Source of the DNA: Haliotis rubra
Taxonomy: Eukaryota
Reading direction: 5' to 3'
Length of the DNA stretch: 64,000 bases
Assembly: GCF_003918875.1 (NCBI RefSeq)
Contig: NW_025767308.1
Location: forward strand, 62,001 to 126,000
Shown here: positions 50,801 to 63,451 of the stretch, in pieces
How positions within the stretch are numbered: the first letter of the stretch is position 1
Layout of the letters: the number at the start of each line of letters is the position of its first letter
Made by a program: the position numbers and the translations under genes
The notes under the pieces: model-generated
Databases searched by the model: none
Told to the model about the DNA's origin: nothing
The model's input: the letters and a program-made list of their open reading frames with translations, nothing else

Positions 50801-53800
50801 AATATGGCTTTTCTGTGACTATTCTCACCGCGACTCGCTGCAAAATTGTTCATCCGGTGTTCAGCAATAGTTATTCAACGTATGGTGTCCGTGCACGGCA
50901 GCAATATTAAGTGAAATTAGATATAGGTAATATCTGGCGAAGTTTGATAATCTTTACTCCAAATGTGTTTAACCACATTTTTACAGTTGACCTTTAAATT
51001 TAGTCATCAATGGTAACAGCACAAAGACACTATTGCAGTTTCGTGAATTACATACCGCCCATTTTCTATAAAATGACACCTCCGCAAAAAATGTATCTCA
51101 GATCTCAACACAGATGTCCCCAAACAAGGACTGAGGTTGGTAGCTGTACACACATATGTCCAGAATATTAATAATGATACTTACACTGTACATCCACTGT
51201 CGTCTCTACAGACCTCGATACAGGTATCCCCGCACCTGGATTGAGGGTGTTGGTAGCAGCAGATACAGAAGGGCCGTCTGACATAAAAACAATTACGCTC
51301 TAAGCTATACTTTGCTTGCTACACAGAGGGGGAAATCTAAAATGACGTTCATGACACTTCTCACCGCGGCTAGCTGCAAATTTGATGATACGGCGTTCAG
51401 CAATAGTAAGTCATTCACGTAGGTATGGTATCAGTACACGGCAGCGATATTAAGTTAAAACACCTTGAGACAGTATCTGGAGAAGTTAATGTCTAATGCA
51501 GTCATCACAGGAAGCAGTAAATGCACCACTATTACAATTTCGTGTCTGACACATCTCATGTTGTTTTATTAAAATGACACCTCCTCAGAGCCACTATGTC
51601 TCACCGCAGATGTCCCACCACACTGATGGTGTACAGCTGTAGCTGTTGTACTTTAAAGACAAGACACTATTCAACCATCCACAAGGCACGAGGATTTAGA
51701 GGAGGACAGCTGATCAGGAGTGCAACCACCAACACGTGTATTCACGAGGCACGGGGACTTAAAAAAGGACAGCCAGCAGTGAGTGCAACCACCCACACGT
51801 GTATTCACATGGCACGAGGACTTAAAGGAGGACAGGTCAGCAGTGAGTGCAACCACCCACACGTGTAGGTGTGATAAATATGAGCTACCACACAGCGTTC
51901 ACTACCATGATATAACTACGGCAGTATTGGCACATATGTAATTCTCTTTTGAAACCAAACCATATACCTACTAGGAGTAATAGTGCCTCTAACCAAATAC
52001 AACGATTGAAGTGAAAACTTGAAATGTCCTTGATAACATTTGTCAAAACTTTCATCAAGAAACAAGTGTGGTATTCATATTGATTTGTCAGCCTCACCTA
52101 GAAAATGATACAAATGCAGCTGTTTTTATGTTTTATTTTTCTACGTCCTATGTTCCAGCCTCATGATCCCATTTTAGTTGACTTTTTTATCTTGGTACCC
52201 CCCCAAAACGCAACATCTACAATAAATGCATCACAAACTTCAGGAAACAAATATGCAAGAAACATTTTGTGTGTTTGAGATAGGCAGAAGTCCACTAGAA
52301 TCAAACTTAGAGTTTTTAAGAGAAGCAATTTGAAGCTTAACAATCGCTTGTTGAAGTGACTCCCTCCTTCATGTTTACTGAGAAATTACTTGTTTTAGAG
52401 ACACTACCAACCCATCCCCCTTTCAGATGACGTAATCACAAGGCCATACCTTATTCTAATGTTTTCACTTATTCATAAATGATTCCAAAGGTTCATACTA
52501 AATGCTGAATGGTCACACAAGTGTCAGCTCTCAATATGTTGTAAACACAAACAGTGCCATCTTGAATATTTGGAGAGAATGTTTTTGAATGATTAAATTT
52601 GGCGTGTCCTATACAAAGATAAAAAAAACAAACAAACCAGTCCCAGTCTAAATATATATCAAGCAATCCAAATCTTTGAATGTTGATTATGACGGATAGT
52701 ACTATACTGAACATATTTCATATGATATTATCTGAGGGGATACCATCATCCAAGTGGTACCACACAGATCGATTTTCATTTTCTGCATTTGTATAAAGAA
52801 GTATTATACCTCAATATGTTGTGATGACTAATATCTCGTTATCCACATTACTCACAAATGTGAAATGTTGGATATGGCTTTGCTAATGATTTCCTTCAAA
52901 ATATAGTGGAAGCTTTTCAAACATCCGACTTTGAGAATATACTTTTTGAACGCCCCTCGTATTCCTTTATTTGTCCAGCATGAAACTAGCTTTGCTATTG
53001 CTCATGCATGTAACCTGTATACATATACATCCAAGAGAGATTGCAGCGGACAGTCAGGACTGTGAAGTGTAACTTGTACAATATTAGACGAAAGGCGGTG
53101 AGGATAGCTAGTGCAAGATGAATGCTTTTATGTGTTCCATGCCCTAATCAACAGAAATAGTAGCTCATTTGCCTTTGGATGATCGGTCTGCGACGTAAAT
53201 GCATTTTTAAATATATCATTAACATATATTTCTTATTACATTTAATACGTTTAAAGAATGCAACCCCGACTTTACACATTTACACATCTCAGAGTGTTTG
53301 TAAGTTGTTCTTTCCATACCCAACCGATCTGATGTAGTTGGAAAATGAACTGGAATTGAAAACACAAACACTTTGGAAACTTGGTCCGCTACTATTTGTA
53401 GATGTTAGATTCAGTTACTTTCAGGGGCTTTCTCCTCTGTGACCTACATGTATTAGAGTGAAGGTGTCAAGCTATCCTGCCAGACGATGATTTGTCAAAC
53501 ATAAATAATTTCAAAGAAGATTCGAAAATAGAAATAAATAAATTCATTCGTTTTGTCCACACGTCATTTACAGTCAGCATCCGATTTGCACTTTTCTGCT
53601 TTGTACAGATTGTTAAATAGATACTTCTGATCATATCCGAGCATTATCCTCCATCAAAGATAAAACCAGTAAAAGGGAATAATTCAAACTAGGTACTTCA
53701 CGTCATTGTAACAGGAAGCTCGTGGTGACATGTCAAGTCATCATTATTTGGTACTGATTTCCCATCTGATATATACATTCTTTTTGACAGTTACATACGC

Positions 53801-55949
53801 GTCTGTTCAAACTGACTGGAGATTTAGATGAGTATGGTAGGAATGAGACTTGTGCTTCCAGTACTCACACTGAGGCTCCATGTTGTACATCTGGCTCCAA
53901 TCTGACTCCAGGCCCTGACTTTCTCTCGCTCTACATCTGTAGTTGTGACTGTCCCGGGAACTCACGGTGAATGTATAGGTTGGACCAATGGTATTAACTG
54001 TGATGCTATCGTTGTCACGCTGCCAAGTGTAAGTCAAGACCAGACCATGGTCAGCTGGGACAGAGGTAGAGGTGGAGTTGCAGGTCAAGGTCACTTGCTG
54101 GTTGTAGACAGGTGTTGTTGACACTGGACGACCAGGTGTTGTGGGTTTACCTTTTACAGCGATAAATGTCTTTGAGTTTAACGTCTCCAGTCTATGTGGG
54201 GACGGTCACCATAACCATGTTAACAAGTGCAGATCCCCTATGTACTACGAATTCCAAACAACCCTCACATTACAACGACTGTAAATATATTCAATGAGAA
54301 CTCAGCTTAATTGTAACTTCGTGTTTTCAGGGTTCCTTGATAACTGTTCTTTGACCTTATTTGTTTGCATCATCGTTATCGCCTTAACCTGCTCAGAATT
54401 CACTGCCACTTTTTGAACTGCCACACCACGTATGAATAGAAATCAGTAAGCTGAGTGACGTTGTATTATGCATCAATGCGCCTCTGCGATACGAAAACAC
54501 GAAATATGCAGTGATTTGTTTCTAACGTGGAGCAGACACCATGTATATTACAACTCGTTGTCTTAAAATGTATCCAATTTGCTTTCTTATCTTTGTAAGG
54601 TAAATGGTATTTGATTGACACTCATGTGGTAATCACTGTCTAAAAATCCCAGTACATGACTGCCAGGAGCTACATCCGAATCATTCAGTTAGAATGCAGA
54701 AATACATGACGCCCAAATAGGCAACACGATAAAAGTATTTGTTCCCCACTGTAATCAAATTGAAGATTAAGCTAAATATGCCTGAATCAAACAGACCCAA
54801 TTTCCGCATTCCCTTTGGTTCCCAAAATGTCAATGTCAATCTCAAGTATGTCACTAATATGCCTACGAGCATCAGTTTGGCTACTGAGTGGCCGGCTTCT
54901 CGTCTGATGGAAAATACCAGTATAGTTTCACCTTCAATTTTCAAAAACTAACAAATGATGAACACAAAACTCTCTGATGAACAGTGAAGTATAGTTCCAT
55001 TACTTCATTATCAACACCAAGGACGTAATTCACTTCAAAAAATTCCTTTTCGTGTCCACGAGGAAATATATTCTTCCGCGAGACAGTTAGCAGCTGCCTC
55101 TGTGTGTGACCAGATTCACATTAGGTTACACATGCTGAATGATAGGTCATACATCATATATATTGTACTGAAATAGTGATTTATTCATAGTAATGTCAAC
55201 AATATGGAGAGAAGTAATATACATGTCTCTCCATAATATTTATTGACTCTGACATCCATACATGCACATACGTAACTAACCTTTATGTATCGAATTGCTA
55301 TCTGGGTTGAGTACATACCGACAGTTGGTGCTGCTTAAATATAATCTATATAAATTCAATATCGACTTACCCAGTACAACAAGTTTCTGTCCACAGTTGT
55401 GTATAACATTGTATACAGCCCCAGCCCCACACGTGTATGTCCCTGCATCAGATGTCTGGATGTTGCTCATGGTGAAGGTGACGTTCCTAGATGTTCTGTT
55501 TCCCTGAAACCCCAGTCTATTGCCGTAAGATTCATATGGGATTAACAGGCCAGAACTCGTCAATATGAAAACACCAATCCCAGCAGGATTGACGGTGAAG
55601 TAAACAGTCCCAGGCCCCAGACTTCCGGGTGGAATCTCCCAGCTGAACCTGGCAGTCTCCGACACCTTAGTCAGCACTGGCCTGACAACTGGTCCACCTG
55701 AAGAACCACCTGCAACATATGTGTCTCCAACATCATGCCATTCCATGCCACCTTGCCCGATGTAATGTAAATCTCAACACCAAAATAGTTGTCTTGCCTG
55801 ATGTAATGTAATCTCAACACCAAAATAGATGTCCAGTAATATGTTATGTGTAATTGTTTTCAAAGAGATGTTGATTCAAATGCGACAGGTTTCTCCTTCT
55901 TTGCAGACTTACTTGCAATCACAGACAGGATGACAGCATAATACAACAT
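47459..55949 (-). CDS. Gene E: short IgSF receptor (leader, V, Ig, Thr/Ser/Val stalk mini-exons, TM, distinct tail); last exon unresolved
   Basis: Exons 55913-55949, 55371-55709, 53869-54150, 51185-51277, 50639-50740, 49073-49210, 48462-48470, 48354-48375, 48109-48152, 47733-47822, 47459-47548; all phases join in frame. Confidence 0.72.
48583..49040 (-). mobile_element. Dispersed repeat copy (uninterrupted version of 29018-29620)
   Basis: Direct similarity to 29018-29620. Confidence 0.75.
49073..49210 (-). CDS. Gene E transmembrane exon
   Basis: 138 nt; GFIAEVAGGVLFVVVVVVVVVVVLMKTR; acceptor ttctgttttag, donor gtaggt. Confidence 0.75.
49860..51640 (-). repeat. ~540-bp segmental repeat with nested ~105-121-bp exon-end repeats; contains stalk mini-exons 51185-51277 and 50639-50740
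   Basis: Similar intron blocks at ~49860, ~50820 and ~51360; extra donor boundaries at 50518, 50397, 50292 and 50181. Confidence 0.8.
51672..51866. repeat. ~62-bp tandem repeat x3
   Basis: ggcacg..ga.tta.a..aggacag...gagtgcaaccacc recurs three times. Confidence 0.85.
53869..54150 (-). CDS. Gene E Ig2 exon
   Basis: 282 nt; VTLTCNSTS..YTW..NYRCRARE. Confidence 0.9.
55371..55709 (-). CDS. Gene E V-like exon
   Basis: 339 nt; ARFSWEIP...SDAGTYTCG...CGQKLVVL. Confidence 0.9.
55913..55949 (-). CDS. Gene E signal-peptide exon
   Basis: MLYYAVILSVIA; 37 nt, phase 1; donor gtaagt. Confidence 0.75.
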
Positions 55950-58900
55950 GTTTGTTACGAGGCCCGTCCGTGATATCTGAAATCAAGTTCAATGGAAGAG
56001 ATCACGTTCATATTTAGATAGGAGAGTAATCATGAGTAATGACTGAATTATCAGAATCATAACACCCCCTTCACAACTACAACTATATTCTAACTTTCTG
56101 TCACTTTCGTCAGCCTCTGTTAGTTGCAGACACAGGTTAAGTCAAATTGTCAGCTTCCATTCTGTCTAAATATCATCATCAATGGTCCAACATGGATGGC
56201 GTCGAGAGGCCATCAAACAAAGAGGAAGCATAGTTTATATCCGATATGCACTTACGCTGACCTCAACTGCTGCACTAACAACTCTTGGTGAATAGAGCTG
56301 TTAGAGGCGTGAAGCGCACGGCGACTTGTGTGACATGTGATGAAGTGATGAGGTTCATAACACTATGGCAATACTGTGACATAATGCGTGCACCCCCTGA
56401 ATGTATTCCAGATAATGTCATGATGGTATGGCTGGATGAATCGTGGGTTATTGCAGCATTTAGTTCATGGTCAAAGACGCAGGATACACATTAGTGGAAA
56501 GGTGGCGTCTTATCATGCAGCATGCTGGATCAAATCTAGGCTCGGATTTCCATGACTATCATTCTGAGAGGAACCCTGCTGTATTTATGGAAAACGTTAG
56601 GAATAGCTTATCCCAGCATAGCCTAGCAAATCTGTGATCGTTGAATTCACGTCTATTCTGTAATAATTTATTGTATTAAACCAAAGTTAAACTAGGTCCA
56701 CATATCAACAGACTTACCGCCATCCGATTTCACAGGAAGATCAATATAGGAGATGACAAAACCACATGTTTTTGGTTTGCTCAAAAGTCAGGTGTCTGCT
56801 ATCGAGGTTATATGCTTCTATTCTTTCTTCATTGTCATGCCGCTATTGCACTGTGTGTACGTTATCAACGTTCAGAGGTGTCTAGCTACTGACCTGTCCT
56901 ACCCACCCACAGATACGCGTTATCTACTTCCTGGTTCTATTTTAGGTGGTTATATCTGTTGGGAGTGGGTCGAGAAGCTATCAGACGTGTTGCGTTATTA
57001 CAACAGCAACCAGAGCCTTTAAAGGTCCTGCATGTACGAGGTACGTACCAACGACTTGCTTCTAAGAAATGTCCCAACTGTGAAGATAACACGAGGCTGC
57101 AGTGTGGACATGTTGATATTATTAGTAATGGGTATTTATAAAGCGCACATATCCACGCAACTAGTACATGCTCAAGGCGACGGAGTGTTCCCTTAATCAA
57201 CGGATGTCGATTTTTATGGTATTCCTTTTTTTCAACCAACTCAACTCCATGGGGAGCATTCGACTTATGCAGCCAGTTAAACGAAGCGGGTTATCACTCA
57301 GCCTCGTCCTCACAAGGCACCTATTTGTAGCTAGGTGAACTGGGACACGTAGTCACGGTATTTTGTTCAATGATACGTTACTATAACTGCAACTAGGTGT
57401 CCACAAGTGTCACAATTGTCACAAGTGGGGATCGATGCAGGCACCTTTCTTTTACTAGCGCTGCGCCTTAGACAGCCCTGGTAGTGTGTGGAACTACATG
57501 TGTGTGTGGAACTACAGGTATGTCACACGTAATATATATTGGTGCTTGAGTACAGTGTAAATATACTTCAGGCGACTATGAACATGATTTAAATGAAAAA
57601 AACAAATCTGGATTTTCCGTGCATGATTCGTTTATATCCGACGGGAAGCCAAAACGCTGGGGCATGTCATGCATATATTCAGCTGATATTGATTGACAAT
57701 TGTGTATTTGTCCAAGAGCCTGTTTTTGCACCTGCTGGTGGTAGTTGAGGGACGTACGGGAGGATATACTTCAGGGATGAAGTATAAGATGACAGATGCA
57801 GTGGATATTGATGAGAAATTGCCGTTGGAAAGATAAATGTTGTTGAACACTTGACAGAGCGCACACCGGTTCTGAGTGCCCAATTTTCCCAGAGTGGACA
57901 CCCGCTCCTTGTCACTTAGAATAAGCCGGAAGTCGATTTTTCATCGTCGACGAAGTCGTTGGTGAGACGACGGCCTTAGTCAACGCCACGACTCACCGCC
58001 CTATCCGTCAGCGTTGTCGATAGCTATCGCTGGGAAGTAATAGTCCCAACCCAGCGGTCTGTTTGTGGTGAAAAGGGAATACAGCGAATGTCAACTGATT
58101 CAGACAAAGAACATAGAATTTCGATGCATTTTCACTTGAACACATTTGTTTGTGATCAACACTATAGCCTTACTGGGGACAAATCATTTCTGACACCACA
58201 ACAAGCTATAGTACACGCCAACCTGACTAGCAGATAACAGAGTAGACAGGACGTGAGTTATCCTGAGCAATGCCATCTGTATTGTACTGTTATCTGCAGA
58301 TTTGCTTTGCTATGATCAGATACCAGTCGTTGAAGCTGTTATCACATCAAAACTCGGGGACTCCAGATGACCATCAGAATAATCGACCCAATTCAAGCGA
58401 GCATACATTTGTCAAAATACTGTTTTATTTGCTATGGAGATTGGCATGCACACCTTCATCTTTGTGTTTGTTTAGGTTGATATTTGTGGAGTTTTCCAAA
58501 TGCATTGAATGGAAGAATACTTCACACAATCTCCTGATTCTAAAGCTTCTGCTTGACCAGTACAAACTGGCAAACTGTGTTTGTGGTCGTGTATGTAACA
58601 TGTTTCCTGCGCTTGGGTTTTTAATAACCTTTTAAGTGGTAAGAAATAACTACTTGGGTCGGTATTGTAGAAAAGTGTTATTGTTCTTTATGTGTGTATC
58701 ACGCCATGATGGTATTTATTTTTATTGGTCAAATGATGTTTTTTTTTTTAATGAACATCTGTTGAAATAAACAGGCTTCATAGCCTTGGCTACTTTCTTG
58801 ATATCATTCCCGAAAATGGATCAGGCATATAAGGTGATTGATATCAGTGTGAGCAGTGGAAGAAGGTTATGGATTTGTGATGGTACACCTGTTAAATTTG

Positions 58901-59614
58901 ATAACCCCTGTGTATTCATTTCAGGGCAGTTGCATATACTTCTTAAAGAAATATTGCTGATGACTAAATGTAATGCAATGAAGTATGTGCATCAGTTCAA
59001 AAAACCCGAGATCTGTTCTTCAAGCTCTCCTTATTTTGCCCCAAATCATCCTTGAGGTACCTTCATAATGGTCATGTTAATTACGTTTGAATCATGAAAT
59101 ATTGAACCTTTGGAGCGACTCTCGCAGGGCGACCACTGAAGTCTAGACAACATCTTGATTCATTGGTGGAAAGTACTGGAGGTCAAACGATGTTAGCAGA
59201 TGGTACTTGTTTATACACCTCTTGGTCAGCGGCTTTAGTGCCACATGGCAAAGGCCGGTTGTTCGACCTACAGGGGGAATAATTTTGTATGCAACGTGAA
59301 ATACCTTTTCACCTCGCATCTCAGTCTGATCTCTGACTAGCTATGAGTTATAGTCACAGTCGTTGCATATGGTTAAGTTGGAACCTTGCCGCCATCATGT
59401 ATACACGATCACAAAAAAAGGTCTGAATATTGTTTCTGAAAATTATATTTTAATTTTTGGTATGTAAACTATGAAAACAGACATGAACATAACCAACATG
59501 ATTTCACCTCTGCGACTGTTTGGGTGTCTAACAGTGATTGTGTATGTATGCATCGCTTGATTACTATGTCTGGCAAGCATAAGCTAAGGTGAATAAAACA
59601 TGATGACTGACTGA

Positions 59615-59777
59615 CTGAGTGAGTTTGGTTTTACGCCGCTTTTTGCAATATTCCAGCAACATCACGGCGGGGGACACCAGAAATGGGCTTCACACATTGT
59701 ACCCATGTAGGGATTCGAACCCGGGTCTTCGGCGTGAAAAGCCAACGCTTTAACCACTAGGCTACCCCACCGCCCCC
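59615..59777 (-). mobile_element. Full-length tRNA-derived SINE
   Basis: Minus strand reads ggggcggtggggtagcctagtggttaaagcg...ggttcgaatccc...gctggaatattgc..(actc)n. Confidence 0.88.
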
Positions 59778-61842
59778 AAAAAGATGAAAGTAATAAAGAC
59801 GTTATGAGCAGAGCAAAGACATATAATGCTCTGAAAATGTCTCTTGGTCTGTGACTGAAACTGATGACACGATAACTACCCATCTTTAGTTATTTTGATT
59901 GTCAGGACCTGAAAAGTACAAAAGTAGATGTCATTAAACATAGCAATGTGATCAGAATAATGAAAAATGTATTCCAACGGAACAGGAGATAAAGGATATG
60001 TTTTAGTTAGATGTTATCGAACTATACTCTGACCTAGTTCATCCATGACGGTGTAACGCGATTAGAATCACCAGGAGTGGTTCATGGTTTGGTTACCTTG
60101 GGAATGTGCCCCAGTGTTCTGGTATGGCAATGCAGTGTTGGACTCAAATGTCACAGGGGGAGTCTCTGTCACGCCTTCATAGGTACTTGCATCTGCTGCA
60201 GCATCTGCTGAGAAGATGTTCATTACATATTTTCAAGAACGAATTTGAACTACAAATCCATTTTACTGTTACGTGGGAGCGGGGATCTCATCATTAACTG
60301 TTTAAAAGAAACAGGACTGTATAATAAATTGTATCTTTGCATGTCTATAAACAAATATGTATGTATATGAAGAAAGTGCTTTTAACCTTGCATTTAGAAA
60401 CTTGTCTACGTGTGTTTACTTGGTCTGATCACAATATGGCTGAAATAATGCCAATGCAACGTTACATGTGACGCCATTCATACTCACTTGTAATGTTTTG
60501 AGGGAAATACCAACATCTACAAATACCTTTTGTATTCGCATAGATCTTCAACCGTGTGTATTGTTGATCTTCTGATTCCTCTTCCAAACTGGGATACCGA
60601 GCTGGGCCATGATGTCGATCTGAAGCAAACGCATATGAAAACATTATAATTGTCTCAGCGCTGAACAGATAATTCGATATTGGCGATATCAACAAAACGA
60701 AAACCACATACTTACTTAATGATGAATATTCTCTGTTTTCCATTTCCACAGTTTCAGAATTCCTGGTGGTAAAACAATTACAAGATCGGTTTCTGACAGA
60801 CCATGATGGATAAACGTGCGACAAACATCATTATGTAATACGTATATATCCCTTTATCTTATTTAAAGTTGTCCATACATTGTATTTGATATTGAAATAT
60901 TGACTACCTTATTTCCGTTGTTCCAGTTCCTGTAAAACAAAGATCGTGTACAACACACATCACAAATGGAGACAGTCACGTCAATCGTAAATGAAATCCA
61001 CAGAGAATTGGTAACGTTTAACATACTTTCTGTTGGTGCAATATATGTCCATTTCTGGAAACATAATGGTGGTAACATCCTAATAAGAAATCGTTCTCTC
61101 AAACACATCACTCAATAAAATATATTATTATTGACTCGAAATAATATTCGATCCTTTGACAACGGAAATGTATCTATTATACCTTTGGGTTGTTTTCCGA
61201 ATCTCTACCCGATTCTGTGGAGTACCATGAGAACAATTCCCACGATGACCAGGGTGAGGAGTATGCCGCCTCCTGCCGTTACTGCTGTCACTTCAGTACT
61301 AAAAGTTGGAACTTGGAGCCGGTGCTGGGTTGGTGGATCTACAATATAACAGGGACATCATAACGGAACAGTGCTTACCGTACGTCACTGTACACTGGTG
61401 ACACCCAGTTACTACTTATTACTTCTGTCGAATCACCAATATAACATGTATTCAACGAGTAAAGCTGTGTCTTGGTTTTAGTCAAACTGATAATGCTAAT
61501 CCATTGATATGGTCTCCTAGAACATAGCATTAGATACAGTAATAGGTTTCGACTATTTATACACAGACCTATAATCACCACATGATACACGATGCTGTGT
61601 TGCACCAAGATATGTAAAATCAGTTCCGTTTAGTATTAATTAAAATACACTGACTATACTAGTTAGTCGAAATTACTCTGATATAAATGAGATGGCTTAT
61701 CAGTGTGAGGATATGGCGTAGTATCGACCCAGAGAGAACATGCGTTGTTGTAAGACATCAGTTTGGTGCTGGAGCGGACAAGTTTGATCTGACTGACAAC
61801 TAGATGAAGTAATTTGTTGGGTTCTTTTTGAGTGACACATAC

Positions 61843-62140
61843 CCCCTGCAGTCGTAGTTTCTACAAGGACATATCTGTCAGAATCCCCAAAGTCATTCTT
61901 AGAAAGTAGTCGGAATGTGTAAATCTTTCCTGGTGTAAGCCCGGTCACTTCCACGACCATCATCTCGCCTAGGTCATCATACGATTTATTAACAGTCCAC
62001 GTTCTTGTAGCAAACTGACGATACTCAATTAGAAACGTCTGAGTGCGTCCACCATTGAACCCAGGCAGCCACGACAACCACACCGACGACGTTGTTGCAT
62101 TATCCAGATCTCGAAAATTGTGTAGGCATCATCGGTGGCC
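61843..62140 (-). CDS. Gene F FN3 exon (+1 in the A-run at 62114-62117)
   Basis: WLPGFNGGRTQTF..GLTPGKIYTFRL. Confidence 0.75.
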
Positions 62141-62996
62141 CTTACAACAAATCAATAACAAATCGAATGTTATAATCTGAGAATGTTTTTATTTTCATGT
62201 TAAGTTTAATGGATATAATGAACAAAATAGGTGATTCCTAAATGAATGACTGAGTTTTAAATTGCAGTCACATCGGCAGTATTTAAGTCACATCGTGACT
62301 CAAACATTGCCAGTTCAAAAAACGTACATTATGAAACCTCTGGACAAACGATAGTAACACGACAGGACTATCACGGATATAGATTTAACACTAGCAGTGA
62401 AGCCGCTTTTAGCACTAATCCAGCATTATCAAGACGGGACAACAAATATGGTATTCCGTCAATATACTTCAAATCGCTATTCAAACCAATGCATAATGCA
62501 TACGGGCAGCAGTCCACCAGAAAGTGGAGTTAGGACATCACAAAAGGAACTATGAGGACTTAAGAATACTTTAGCCATTTTGATGGTACTCTAACTTCAG
62601 GATTTACACCATCCCTCTTGCACTGATGGGTGTTAAACTTATGCGAGTAGCTAACATGAACACAAATACTACAACTGAAAAATAATGGACGCTGAAAAAA
62701 GAAAATGGAGGCTGAGAGGGACACATAATTAAAGCTACAACATCGCTTGAAGGTACAGCCATTAGCAACTAATTAACTAAATAACTAATGTTCACATGCA
62801 TAGTACATGGATATATTTGAATGCATTATCAATTGCTGAAACAGTTACCAGAATCTTGCTTTTGAAAACTATCGAACATTATCGTATTTAAGTAGCATGA
62901 TGCTATCATACCAAAAACTGAACGAAACTATACCTATCCTTCGCATTATGGACCACTTTCATCAGCAAGCTGCATGTACAAAACAGTGGAATGCAT

Positions 62997-63154
62997 NNNN
63001 NNNNNNNNNNNNNNNNNNNNNNNNNNNNNNNNNNNNNNNNNNNNNNNNNNNNNNNNNNNNNNNNNNNNNNNNNNNNNNNNNNNNNNNNNNNNNNNNNNNN
63101 NNNNNNNNNNNNNNNNNNNNNNNNNNNNNNNNNNNNNNNNNNNNNNNNNNNNNN
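62997..63154. other. Assembly gap
   Basis: Run of N. Confidence 1.
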
Positions 63155-63451
63155 ATTCAGTTTTTAGTTAATTTATGTGGAGAGTTTAATATATGTTTGG
63201 TTATGCTCCCATCTTACTTCCATCTTGGTGATGAAGAGACAACAGTGTTCGAACAGATGCAAAATCACTTTCACGTCATCATGCACTATCCAGCTCTAAA
63301 ATTAATTCAGTGCCAGTATCTTCCCTTACTGTATTGCCCCAAAGTGGCCTATGCTTTTATATATCAATATATCACCCCGAATGACGCAAGGCTGGGGAAG
63401 TTGGTTGTAAAGGGTGAATCGTTAAAGCGGTATCACATGTAAGCCACTCAC

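Noticed and set aside
51900-53010. Possible decayed LINE fragments (also ~58700-59060)
   Set aside because: Only compositional hints; no motif I can support.
62897-63442. ORFs spanning the N run
   Set aside because: Artefact of the assembly gap.
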